DNA from: Lama guanicoe
Taxonomy: Eukaryota
Direction of reading: 5' to 3'
NCBI GenBank assembly: GCA_013239625.1
Contig: MU054323.1
Span: 2,654,161-2,718,160 of the forward strand
DNA length: 64,000 nucleotides
Shown piece after piece: positions 1-12,642 of the stretch. The first letter of the stretch is position 1. Each line of letters opens with the position of its first letter. The position numbers and the translations under genes are program-made. The notes under the pieces were generated by a model that ran no database searches, was not told the DNA's origin, and was given only the letters and a program-made list of their open reading frames with translations.

Positions 1-799
1 GCTTGGAAAAGCACATAAGACACAGTATATACCACACCTTATCATTCTCACACCAACTGCATCAACTGTCTACTGAACATCTTTCCAATGAAAAGCAAGA
101 AAAGAGAAAGAGAAATGGCCAAGACCTTTAGCACCTCCTCAAGGAAGCTTCCAAGGCCATTGTGACTGATCACAGATTTCACATAATTCACTGCTGTGCT
201 GCTGCAGGGGGTTTGAACGTGGAGTTTCCTCTCCCATCTTTCTACACTCTTTTCACTTAAAGTAGTGTGTTCATATTCTCACTGTTCAGTGTGGGCCAGC
301 AAAGCCTCAGTGATTCACTTTTCCCATGCTTACTCAACACATTTCCAGATCAAAAATAGACTTAGGTGACATAATCAGTAGTCACTTAACAAACATAAAA
401 AACAGCCCTAGGGGGTTTACGCAAAGTCCAAACGGAAATATGAACTTGGCTCACCTGATAGATCTGAGTTGTGGCTGGCAGAGCTCGAAATACACATCCC
501 TTTCTTATCTCCCTCCAATTTCTCACCATGACTACTCTCTCAGAGAACTCCCTCATATTTTCAGATGAGTCTAAGAGGGAAATTCAATTCTTTTCTCAAA
601 AGTAGGAAAAGTGAGTCCTTTTCTCTTGGGACTCAGGAGCCTCCAACCATGCCGCCAGTTCATTGGGTCACTCCATATTGCAGGGGCCCAAGTGCAGCTC
701 TCTGAAAAACAGAGTGTGGTTGATCTTCTGCATAGATGGTGCAGCGTCCATAGATGGTGCCAAGTGCCCTTCCTTTTCCTGCAAGCTCACGCCACTCTT

Positions 800-1141
800 C
801 TGTCTACTTCTTCTCTTCTAAATGCCTGGCTGCCCTGCAACTTGCTTTGGGCAATAGAATGTGATGGAAGCCAGTTCTGAGCCAACCCTGGGAGGCCAGG
901 TAGGTACTGTTTTCTGTCTCTGGGAAGGCAGCCTCCAGGTGAAGATGCTCAGGTTGACAACTGAATGGTGAGCAACTGTGTGGAGAGAGAATGGCCACGT
1001 GCAGGAGAACCAGAAAGAGAGATCTTCCCCAATAACTGCATCCTGACAGCATCACAGAGTCATGAGCAAATAAATGGTGGTGGCTGTTTAGCCAATGCAT
1101 TTGGGGGAGATTATGTTATGCAAAAATAGAAAACTGAAACA
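800..1141 (+). mobile_element. MaLR (MLT1-type) LTR remnant
   Basis: CTTGCTTTGGGCAATAGAATGTG, an AATAAA signal, and terminal TGTTATGCAAAAATAGAAAACTGAAACA typical of MLT1 ends. Confidence 0.7.
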
Positions 1142-3539
1142 GAGAATCTGGAGTGGGTGATCGCTAAGATGACGACCTCTTGTCCTAAAATCCTTTGCTC
1201 TTCATTGTTTCTCAACTCAAAAGGCTCATCTGAAAGCACCAAAACTAAGGTGTGTTAGTTGAGAGGACATTATTCCCAGAGACACCCTCCTGCCTCCACC
1301 CGAGAGGCTCTGCCATCATCCCACCCAAGCACGGTGGAGATCTCAGAGGCTGAGCCGGCTTCCACCGAGCTTCGGCCCCTGGCATCTTACCAGAAGAGGG
1401 GTCAGGAGATGGGCATCCGAAACCTCTGATGCCCAGAGCCCCTGACAGGGAATGGAAGGAAGAAGTAAAACAGTTACAGAAGAATAGGGTGGATAACTGA
1501 AAGAGGATTATGCTATAATAACAATGAGGATTGGATTTCATAAAATCCTCGGTTCATAAGTTCATGGCTGGAAACAAGGTCCCCCTGCAGTAGTTAGTTT
1601 AGCAGGCTTGAAAAGCCGGCGTGACTTCCACCTCTCTGCTTTCTCCGCTCTGCGAAGAAGGCCTGGTGTGAGATCAGCCCAGCCGGACAACTGAGAACAC
1701 ACCACTTGGCCCGGTGATACAGAAAAGCAGCTGCCCACATGGTGTGACTTAGAAATGCCGCCGAAAGAGAGGAGGCAGAGGGTGCGCCCCATCCCGGGCG
1801 CCTGTGATAGAGGAAAGAAAGAGGGGAGACTAGTCAGATCCTGGGGAAAAAATAAAAACAAAATGAGCCTCGACAAAAAGAGGTCATAAGGGTGTTCCAG
1901 AGAACACCCCCCAACACACGTTTACAGTTTAGTGATTTCAGCATTTAATGATGTCAGAGGTTGCTTCACAGGTTACCTGGCAGAGGTGGAAAGCCTGCGA
2001 TTTGGGTAATGACAACCACATTGTCCAGGCTCTCCTTGCAAGAGGAGTCCCCAGGGAGCAGCCAGTCTCTGCTCTGCCAGGCAAATGGGCCCACCAAGAG
2101 TTCTCAGATACGGAACCCAGCCCACGATCCAAACATGGAACATAGATACCGACTCTTGATTCAGGATAAACTCCTAGAGCAGTGGAAAGGCACAGAACTA
2201 GGAGCCCCCAGGAGACGTGGACAACAGCCAGATTTTGTCCGCTACGGGACCCAAGACCCATCCTCTCTCCTCTGTGGGTCTTCATCCCTCTTCCGTGAGA
2301 TCAGAGAGTTAGGCGGAAGGATGGCTTAAGAACCTCTCCAACTCCGTAATTCTAGTTCTTTAAAATCATTTGATATATTCCTTTCTTTTCAAAAACTAAC
2401 ATGAAGTTGCCTGCAGTAAATTTCTATGCTCCACCTCCCCGCCAGGCTATGTTATTTCATACTGGTCCCCTCGTTATGAAAACAGTAACAGCATAAGGTA
2501 CACAATGCCTGTCCTCAGACGCAGGACTGTGATGGTCTGAACGGAGGGGCCAGGAATTCACATAGAGCCTCATCTAATGACTGAAGGCTTTAGTAGTTAG
2601 TTTTGGTCAGACATTGTGGTCAGTGCACTTTCTCTTTGTGGCCTGGGCGGTGTTATTTAGTGAGATGTCCTCTGTGGCCCAGAATAGGAATAATTCAATG
2701 TTGTAAGTGTCCTAAGGATACTTATTTCATACTTTCTTTTTTCTGTTTCCTTTCCAGCTCTTTTAGGGGAGTTTCTTCTATTAGCTGTTTATCTTTGCTA
2801 TATCTTTACAGTTTCCTCTTTTAGGAATTCTTACTGTACGCAGTTTGGTCTCCACGATCTATTCCCCACATCTCTTCATCAATCTCTTGTCATTTGCCTT
2901 TGAAGTTTTCCTTAGAGTTTGAGAAGACTGTTTAAAGCTCTTGTCTCCTCATTGTTTTCTACAGTTTCCAGCCAGCCATTCACTGTTCCAAACATGATTT
3001 TAAATTTTTTACTAAAGTACTTCATGCTGATAAGGTGAGGACTCACTTTAGTTTTCTCCCTTTTAATGATGCAGTCCACAGCCCCTGTTCCCTACTGAGT
3101 TTACAAACATGCATGAAATACATCCTCAAGTGTTCTTGTTTCCTTACAGTGAAGTTATTCCAGAGCAGGCAGTTGGGAATCGTCAGGGTCTTTGGCAGCC
3201 AAGCCACCTCCTGATGTGGAGGAGGCGCTCAAAGGCCTGCGGTGCGGCCCCATCTGGTCACCTCACAGAAATCTCCCCTCGGCCTGGGCAGTGAGTGCCC
3301 AGTGTCCTGTGTAAGTGTTCACAGAGGTCTTCCAGGGTCTCCTCCCACTTAGTCGCTAGTCAAGGCTTCTTGGTTCAAAGTGGAAAGTGACCAAAAACCC
3401 AGCTCAAACTATATTAAGGAGAGTCGCAGGGCATGCAGCAGAATGACGAGTTTGGAGCAGAGGCTTCCTGAGAGCCAAGCTCCAGAACCAGGGCTCCCTG
3501 GGGACCACTGTCCAGTCCGTTGTCCACAGTGCAATGCAC

Positions 3540-3725
3540 AGTTAGGAGTCAGACTGCCTGGGTTTCAGTGATGTCTCTACCGCTTGTTGGCACAGTGACC
3601 TTTTCTTACCTGTTTCTCTATAGATTAGTTGGAAAACCAGTAACTAACTCATAAAATTATTGCATGGATTAAATGAGGCAATGTAAGCATATTACAGTGT
3701 TTAGCACATAGCAAGTGTGATAATG
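3540..3725 (+). mobile_element. MIR SINE
   Basis: GGAGTCAGACTGCCTGGGTT...GGATTAAATGAG...GCACATAGCAAGTG. Confidence 0.75.
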
Positions 3726-4464
3726 TCACCTAAACATTGGCTCACAGTTAGGTAAGGTTGAAGCTGGGATTTGTGAGAACCTGGTATGCACCCTCCTGGT
3801 GGAAACTTTAACAGAAGCAGCTCCATATAGATAAAAGAAACCAAAACAGGAAAAAAGCTCCACCCAACAATGTATTGCCAGTTCAGAGAACTAGCATCCT
3901 GAGCAGACAGAGTAGGGAAACAGAAGGAGTCACACCTGAGTGACAGTTGGGCGCTTCATAGCAGCACAGGTGGGGAAGACAGGCTCCCCTGGCCAGGTCT
4001 TGGCTCTGTGTGACCACTTCCACCAGGAAGTAAGCTCTGTGCTTCCTCCTATTGCTGATGGAGAAGCAACAGCGTACTCCACAAGGGCCTCACTGCCACA
4101 CCCCCTCTCTACCTGAAGTGTTCCCCGGCTCTGCCAGGATTAGCTCCCATTTACATCTTGTCTTAACCAAGGCTCCTTGGTTGAAGGTAACAATAATCCA
4201 ATCACACTCTGTGAAGGGGAGGGTAAACAGCAGAAAGGATTGGAATAGACGTAGGGGACGGGGGGTTCATAAACAGTCAGACCCAGGGACATGATATCCT
4301 GAGGACCTCCACACGATCGCTCTGTCTGCTCCCCTTGAGTAGACCTTTCTTCTCTTGGAAATCTCCCCCATGTGGCAGAGGCATTGTTGTGGAGAGTTCC
4401 AGCATCCTCCACTTTGTAACCTGAGAGTGGCAGCTCTCGCTAAAAAATAATAAACAGAGGAAAT

Positions 4465-4650
4465 GGGAAATACAAACTAGCAGTTATAAAGTAAATAAGT
4501 CACAGGGATGTAATGTACAGCACAGGGAATATAGTCAACATTTTGTAATAACTTTGTATGGTATATAGTCTATAAAAACATCGAATCATTACGTTATATA
4601 CCTGAAACTAATACTGTAAGTCAACCGTACTTCAATAAATAAAAATAATA
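4465..4650 (+). mobile_element. L1 3' end fragment (older laurasiatherian type)
   Basis: AAATAAGTCACAGGGATGTAATGTACAGCACAGGGAATATAGTCAA...CCTGAAACTAATA...CTTCAATAAA plus A-rich tail. Confidence 0.8.
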
Positions 4651-7600
4651 GTGATGATGACAACAATAAACAAACAAATGATCTGACTGACCTGGCTTGA
4701 GTTACCTGATCATCCCTGAACCAACCACTATAGCCAAGGCCACAGGGAGCCACGTTTGTCATCCCCCATCAGAACCTCATGCTTGGTGTGGGGAAGAAGC
4801 AGTTCCCACAAAGAAGGGGATGCTATTTCAAGATAAACAGCAAACAACACCTCCCTCATACACCATGTCAGCTGGCGAATCAACGGCACAGACATTCAAA
4901 ATACTCAACAAGTAATACAGCTTGGGCAACCCCAGTGGCCTCTGACACAGGATCCTGGAGACCTCCCAACAGTGCCCAGTATTAACCTTTCAGTTTCCGG
5001 ACTGCAGGCAGACTGAAGGGTTTCCAGCGGAGGGAACCACCTAGACGACAAGGTCAGCATGAGAGCACTCAGGAGGCTCCTGGAAGTGGCTGGCTACCGA
5101 CCAGCATGAAAGTATTTCAACAGTCCACAGTCAGTTTGGTCGCCCACTGTTTACTGTTCCAAACAATGCCTCCAGCCAAAGTCGCTCAGTGTCCAGCATA
5201 TGGATGGCACCCCTCCCTGTTCACTCATGTCCATAAAGATTTCTTTTCCCCTTCTGGCATGTTCTGTTGATTGTTTCAAGGTGAACTTGAGAGGGAATAA
5301 ACATTGGCTTCTCATGTTAACAGCTTGCCTTGAAATCTCTGGAATTTTTAAGATAAACTTTTTCATTAAAATCCAAGCCTTGTGGATGCCTAGAAATTCA
5401 GGAAACCAGCCTGGTCCCTGCATCTAAATGTGTCTCTGCTCCCAGGACACCCAGAGACCCTGGGAAGAAATCTGAACTCAACATTTAAGAGCAAGCGTTC
5501 TCTGCATCACGATCCGGAGAAGTGAGTCCCAACCATCTGATGTTGCTGCCTCTCAAATCTGGTAAAAACTACAGATATGGGTCTTTTAAGGTTTTATCGT
5601 ATTTATTTTGTCAGTATTATTTCATTATTTCGCTTGAGATTTACCAAAACTAAAAAGCAGGACTGAGTATTCCTCATAAACCACTAATTGTTCTCCAGAT
5701 AAACCTTTCTGTTCCTTCCTAATCTTAACTGGACTCAGCCCAACTGAAATAAAGTGGTGAACTTTATCAAGCTGATTAAACCCTCCCGCCACACACACAC
5801 ATTCCCTCCTCATTCCCCAAATGACCACATATTTTAAAGAAAAAAAGACCACAGCTGATATCTCTAAGATATTTCAACTTCTTTAAAAACTAATATTCTT
5901 TCCTGGGGGCCATTATTTTTCTGTTTTTCTGTCTCTTTCAGAGAGATCAGAATTCTCTGAATTTTTTTCCCATAAAGACACCTTCACCATGAATGGGCAT
6001 TTTTCCCCCCACGGTGTATAGACATTAGACTCAGTCAATTTTAAAAATAATAAAAAAAAGTGGGTTTTGTTAGCAAAACATTGAAGTGCTTATTTCAGGC
6101 ACATGTGAAATTCATGTTTAAAGACAGAGGAAGCCTAGATGCTTCAGGAAGCACGTGGATTAAAGTGGAAAGGAATACCACATCTCCTGAGAAAGCACTA
6201 CCCCGCTCTTCCTTTGTCCATGATGCACTAGACGTCTTCTGATAATGATGTCTGCCAGGCCCTCACCAAATTCATCTTTCCTGTAGCTGTCGAAAGACTG
6301 GGTTCAAGGTCTTTCCTTCATAAACCTTAGATAAAAGTTTTGCTGCAGACCATGCAATTTCAGAGAGCATATTCCAGGGTTGTGGAGGACAGATGTGCAC
6401 ACCACAAGGCTGTCCTGCTTAGTCTAATGGGGTCAGCTTCCCACACAAGCTCCCAGAGAGTGCTAAGTATGACTCATGTAACTCAGAGTATTTGGAGCTT
6501 TCTGCTGATCTGGTTGCTCTTCCTCTTCCAGCCTTAGCTCATTCTTACAACCCTCCATGGTGGACCTTGAACACACCAAATGACTGTTTCACACACACCA
6601 ACACACCACGTGTTTCTTCTCAGTCTCTTTTGTCTCCAAAAGTCCCCTTCTTCCACTTTTCCTTTTGAAACATTAACATAGAATCTGTTCAGCAAATAAT
6701 AACAAGCCTGGTAAATCATCAGCATCCAAAGATTGGCAACTGCTCTCTTCATCTCTGCCACCACCACCACCACCCACCAGCATGCTCACAATCATTGTCC
6801 TCAGAGATGCAGTTCAAATGCCACCTCTGCTGAGAACACTTTCCCAAGTCTCTAGTCAGAATCAGTTCCCCACCCATCCCCAGATCCTGGGCTTCTCTGT
6901 CTCATCTTATCAGCTATTTCACTTTCCACGGCATTTTCATCATTTTATTGTTGTCATTGCTATGGTGGTTGTTATTGTTCATAAATAAGCTCACTCACTT
7001 GTGTCTCCTCTCCCTGAGAACAGAAATCACGTCTGACTTTTTAGGATGCCCATCCACATCCTGGCCATGCTTCATTCTTTCCCTTAAAAGGCATTTGATA
7101 AACATCGGTTGAATTGGACTGGTTGTCAATAAAACTTTCTCATTTTGTTGTTTTAATACTTGATCTGGGTTCTTGGTTTTGCTGTAGTGCATCTCATATT
7201 CTGGACATCTTTTGCAGTTAAACATGCTTATCTTTTCAGATATTTATTTCAGAAACTGATTCTGAGGTTGGTATATTAATGTTCTCAATCAATAGTAGAA
7301 TCTGGCTACCCTGAAAGGAACTGCAGATGTGCTTTTCTTTTGCTTCACATAGAAATAAAAGGCTAGGTTGCTCTTGATATTTCCACCAGATATCCTTTGA
7401 CCCCTAAATTAATTTAGGTGTCCTATAGGAAGCAGTGTTTGGGCTTCAAATCCCAAAACCTGTTCCCCTAACTCTCAGCCCCAAACTACACAGGAAATTT
7501 CTAACAGCAAATTAGGAGCCAAAAATGCATTTACAACAGAGCTAAAGAAAAGAAAAGCGAAGACTGGGAATGGCCAATAGGATCACTTTTATTATAATTT

Positions 7601-7929
7601 AAAGATAACCTGTCAACATAGCAAAAACCTAATTATTGGCTGCATGGTGTAATGGCATAATTCTTTACAAGAATACTCCATTGTCCCATCTTTACCCTTA
7701 GCCACTTCAGCTAGAGCTATACTCCTTGGGATTGGAGGTACAGAGGAAACACAGACCACATGTGCCAATTTCTAACCATAGGATTCATTACCCAAGGTTC
7801 AGACCTAAAATATTTGCTTATATCCATTCTCTCCCTCTATCCAATCCCCACATTCAGATCTTACCTCTATGCAGTTGACTCAAATTTGTAATTTAGATTC
7901 AGCTTCATCCAGCTCAAGACCATATATCA

Positions 7930-8310
7930 ACTCAACATCTCCAACTGCATAATCCACAAAGACTCACAATCAAATGTCCAAAATCAAAGTCCAATACTCA
8001 GTCTTCAAAGTGGTCCCCCCACACCAAACTGACCCTGTTACCATCATTCCATGTCTCCCAGTCAGGAAATCTCAGAGCCCCTTTTGAGAATTTTTTCCCC
8101 TCTTCACATCCAATAAACCATCATAGTTTATAACTCTTGGACCAGGCTTCTCATCCAAACTACACAGACGTTCCCTAACTATCTCTTCAAATTACTACCT
8201 GTGTAGCTACTCTTAAAACAGAGCTCTGGTCATGTTATTCTAGTGCTCAGAAACTTTCCATGGCTCATCATTGCCTCCTCAGTTTAGCATCCAAGGCTGG
8301 CCAAATCATC
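7930..8310 (+). mobile_element. L2 LINE fragment
   Basis: ATGTCCAAAATCAAA, TCACATCCAAT, CTGGTCATGT...CTTTCCATGGCTC..CATTGCC resemble the L2 3' region. Confidence 0.55.
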
Positions 8311-10408
8311 TTACCCCTCCCATTGTTACTATGCTAACCACAGATGACTTATATTACAGGTACATATATTCTCTGCAAAGGCATGGTCTGTTTGCTTCAC
8401 TTCTGCACCCTCATAGTGTGACACTGAGCTGTCATTAATATGCAGAATTTGAATTGTTTATGCTTATCTTGACTGCAGAGCCCTAGGTCTGGACCCACTC
8501 AAATGACACACCCTCCTTTCTTCATATACCATATTGTGCTTGATCCAGATTCCCCTAATTAGAATTTCTGATTATTTGGCCAAAAGCCAGGCTAGATTTT
8601 ATCTTTGCATTAGCTACTTGAAAAGTAAATTAATAGTGTAAATTAGCCAGTATGTCATATGTTTTATCTACTTAAAAATAAACATTTTAAAGCATTGAGA
8701 AGAAGTTTTAATAACTCAGTTTACTTTTCACTATATACCTTTCTTGTACCTATCCAACCCTGACTGCGTCTTAAATATATCAAGATGCATTTCTTGTTAA
8801 ACACTTTATAATCAGGCCAATCCCACTTCATTGATTCAAATCAGTAGGATTTACTGTGTGTATAATGGTTACTTAACAGTTCCTCTTCCTTTGACTTCTA
8901 TTTCTCAGTGATAAGTGCAAAGTGAGTCTTCTCTGATTTGACATAAAAATCAATCACCCTTTTCTACTTTAAATTCATGTCAAACTATCACTGCAAAACT
9001 GAGACACCCTCCTAGAGGCCAGAACGGCAGCTGCAGGGTCTTGAGTCCCAATGCCTTAGACAACTGGCGTGATGTCCCCGTGCCACGTGGGCTCCTGGAC
9101 TGGGGAAGGGAAATGACGATGGGTGCCCTTGGGTCTAGGCTCCTGCAAAGCCTGGCCACGTGAAGTCAGAAGCATTTCCCTTTGTCTGGGCCATGAGGAC
9201 TGGTTAGCTGAGTTGCAGGGAGTAAATTTTTCCTCCCCAGTCCCTGCCAGGTGAGCTCCGGAACTAGCCTGGAATCAGACTTTACCTTTATACCTCAATC
9301 TTCTGTCCACCCTTCCTCAGCTGACTGATGAGGTTCCTGTTATTCCAGCTGCCTCCAGCAAACAGTCCTCAGTCACTGCTGCATCTGGCACAACTCAGGA
9401 GTAATTTGGAGAATTCTAGGCTGCAATGCCTACAGACATCATCGAACTGGGGGAGAATGCTGTGGTCAGATGCTTAATGTGGCATTCATTAAAAACAACC
9501 TGCGTTCTAACAAAGGCAGCTGTACTGTCCACTTACACTCTACGTTTCCAGTTAGCAACCACAAAAAAACAGTCTCTGTCCCTTTAACTTCACAGAAACC
9601 ACCCACAATTCATTCCAAGGCACAGGATTCCAAAGGATCGGTTCTTAATTAATCTGTGCAGGGGAGATATTTTCCCATGCATGTTACCATATGAGTGATA
9701 ACCCAGTGTTGCAATATCCACTCAGTTTACTTTCATATTCACACAAGCAAGGAACTTGAGACTCAGGGAAACCAGTGACTCCCTGGAAGACTGCCATCTA
9801 CTATCGAGTTACTTCAGCCTCGAGGCTGCCCTTCAGGATGGATCACATTGGGAAGGACTTCTGGGGAAGGGGGTGCTTTGGGAAAAATTATTCAGTGAGT
9901 GCTCATGCCTACAGCTGATACTTAGGCAAGACCTTGATGTGTTCATTTAACCCTCTGGGCCTCTCCCTTCTCATCTATTCAATGTGGACAATGATCTCTA
10001 CTCTCTGCACACAGTTGTTGTAAAATAAGTGGACACCATTGGCAAAGAGCAGCTGAATGTGCGATGCAAGGGATACAAAAGCAATGCCTTCTGTGCAAAA
10101 ATGAGCGCCTCACTGATCATGGTTCCCATCAGTCCCAAATTCCCCTTTCTCCCTTCCTCAGTCACAAGCCTGCAACATAAAATGACAGATGAATGCCACT
10201 AGATGCTCCCATAAGAAGAAGAAGAAAAGGAAAAATTAAAAGCGATTTTTATCCATACGCCCAATATGCTTAGCATATTGTAAGAGAGGGACAAAATGGG
10301 TCAGCCCATAGATAGAAAGCTTTCTTAATCAACCCACCTAGAAGGAAATGGTGTTATACTTGAACAAACACAATTCAACACTGCCCAGAAAAAGAGATGT
10401 AGATATAG

Positions 10409-11740
10409 AGAAGCAAGATGGTGGAGTAGAAGGACGCTTGTAGCTCACCCTCTCCCACAAATACACCAAAACTCACATCTACGGACCTATTCAGCCAACC
10501 AGAGCACCTGCCGAACTCCGACAGAACATTGCCCTCTTCAGAAGACAAAGATGCCAAAAATCTGGTAGGAGAAAAGGAAAAAAGAAAGAAGAAAAAGCAA
10601 AACAGTGCGAGACTGATCCCGCGGGGAGGGAGCAGCAAAGGAGGACTGGCGCTCGTTCGCTGGGTCTCCCCCTCTCCAAAGGAGAGGGCAGCAGGACAGG
10701 AGGGGAGCCTCTGAGGCTCAGATCTGCCCGAGCACCCCTTGACCAACAGAAGTTAAATGGGCACAAAGGGTCCCTGCAACACCCAGCCCAAGACGCAAGC
10801 CAGCAGCTGGATCTGGGACAGGCCACTCAAGCTGGGCGGAAGACTGGACAGTTGCACTGAGGCAGCCCTGGGGGACTGCAGGGGGCTGCGCGCCATGGCC
10901 AGGAGGGGATACGGAGCAGAACAACCTCGGTCCCCCATAAATTGTGAAAAAAGCAAAGCAACACGTCTGGCATGCCCTGGGGCGAGGGGTGCCATAGTCT
11001 TTGTCTCCTCAGACCTGTGCCGCCATTACTGGCGCTTCTTGTGAGAAGAGAGGTGGGGTGCAGCCACAGCCACCATCTCCTCCTGTGTGCAGCGCCTGGG
11101 CAGGGGCGGGGCCGAGACCTGAATCCGCACCCAGGAACTCCACAACCTCCTAGGCAGGACTGAGACTTGTTTACAACCCAAGGTAGATAGGATCTTTCTG
11201 CTCTGGTCTCTCAGAGAACTCGCACCGCCAAGACAAACAAGGAGCTGAGATTTGGCACAGAGCAGGGGCGGGGCCTTTCAGCAGTCTTCCCTGAGTCCAA
11301 CTTCGGAGCACCGACAGGAGGCAGAGCGGGCAGCTGCACAGAACAGCGGAGTGACCGGCACCAGGAGAGGGCAGGCAGCCCCCCCACTTTCCTGGCAGGA
11401 ATGCAGCACCTGACCATGGTGCTGGGAGGGGGCGCAATCAGCCCACCTGCCTCGCCCAAGTGCAGCATCTGATGGCGGCATCGGGAGGGGGAGTGACCCG
11501 CCCGCCCACGGGGAAAGAGCTCAGCACCTGACCCAGTGTTGGGAGAGGGTGTGATCTGCTAGCCAACAGCCACTGGAAGCAGCACAGACAAGGGCACTAA
11601 CAGAGAGCCTCTGGAAACAGCAAGCTGAGTACGTGAAACAGGGCGAAGACACAAAGACCTTTCGATAAAATCATTAGGAGCACACCGTCTCCAGGAGAAC
11701 TAGATAACTGATACTCCTTAAGACACAGTGCCAGAGAGAT
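10409..11740 (+). promoter_or_regulatory. L1 5' UTR / internal Pol II promoter, GC- and CpG-rich
   Basis: Much richer in GC and CpG than the flanks. YY1-like CAAGATGG at the 5' end; lies directly upstream of ORF1. Activity not demonstrable from sequence. Confidence 0.7.
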
Positions 11741-12642
11741 ATGAGCAATATGAAGAANNNNNNNNNNNNNNNNNNNNNNNNNNNNNNNNNNNNNNNNNNN
11801 NNNNNNNNNNNNNNNNNNNNNNNNNNNNNNNNNNNNNNNNNNNNNNNNNNNNNNNNGATTTCAAAAGTGATCAAAATACTGAAGGAACTAAAAGAAACAG
11901 TGTTTAGAGATATAAAATATGTCAAAAGTGAAATAGAAGCTATAAAGAAGCAAGTAGAATTAGTAAACTCATTGGCTGAGATGAGAGCTAACCGAAGGGC
12001 TGTACAAACCAGGCTAGATAATGCAGAAGAACGAATAAGTGACCTAGAAGACAGGACAACAGAAAGCACCCAATCAAAACAGCTGAGAGAAAAACAAATA
12101 AAAAACAATGAAAACAATATAAAGGACCTATGGGATAATATAAAGTGTGCCAATCTACGCATAATAGGGGTTCCAGAAGGGGAAGAAAGAACAAAGGGGA
12201 TTGAAAAGATATTTGAGGAAATCATGACTGAAAACTTCCCAAACCTAAAGGAATCAGATATCCAAGTACAGGAGGCTCAGTGGCTCCCTAACAGGAAGAA
12301 CCCAAACAGACCCACACCAAGACATATCATAATCAAGATGGCCAGAGTCAAGGGTAAAGAAATGATCCTAAAGTAGCAAGAGAAAAACGAAGAGTGAGTT
12401 ACAAGGGAACCCCCATAAGGCTCTCAGCTGATTTCTCCACATAAACACTACAGGCCAGAAGGGAGTGGCAAGATATATTCAAAGTCCTGAATGAAAAAAA
12501 GATGCAGCCTAGGATACTCTATCCAGCAAGGCTATCCTTTAAAATAGAAGGAGAGATAAAGAACTTCACAGACAAACAAAAACTAAAAGAGTTTAGCAAC
12601 ACTAAACCCATGCTAAAAGAAATATTGACAGGTCTACTCTAA
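11741..12642 (+). pseudogene. L1 ORF1 with frameshift and premature stop, spanning an assembly gap
   Basis: RLDNAEERISDLED, NLRIIGVPEGEE, ENFPNL, PRHIIIKM. CTAAAGTAGCA versus CTAAAGGCAGCA in the neighbouring L1 shows a 1-bp loss, with TAG at 12374-12376. Natural stop TAA at 12640-12642. Confidence 0.9.
11758..11857. other. Assembly gap (100 N)
   Basis: Run of exactly 100 N, probably a placeholder of unknown true size. Confidence 0.99.

Noticed and set aside
731..760. Short direct repeats (CATAGATGGTGC x2; also TCAAAGACTCTCC x2 at 24740-24768)
   Set aside because: Two-copy micro-duplications, not an array; no CRISPR-like repeat-spacer structure seen in the window.
10375..11481. Overlapping ORFs in the L1 5' UTR (possible ORF0 analogue)
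   Set aside because: Expected in GC-rich sequence; no recognisable similarity to primate ORF0.
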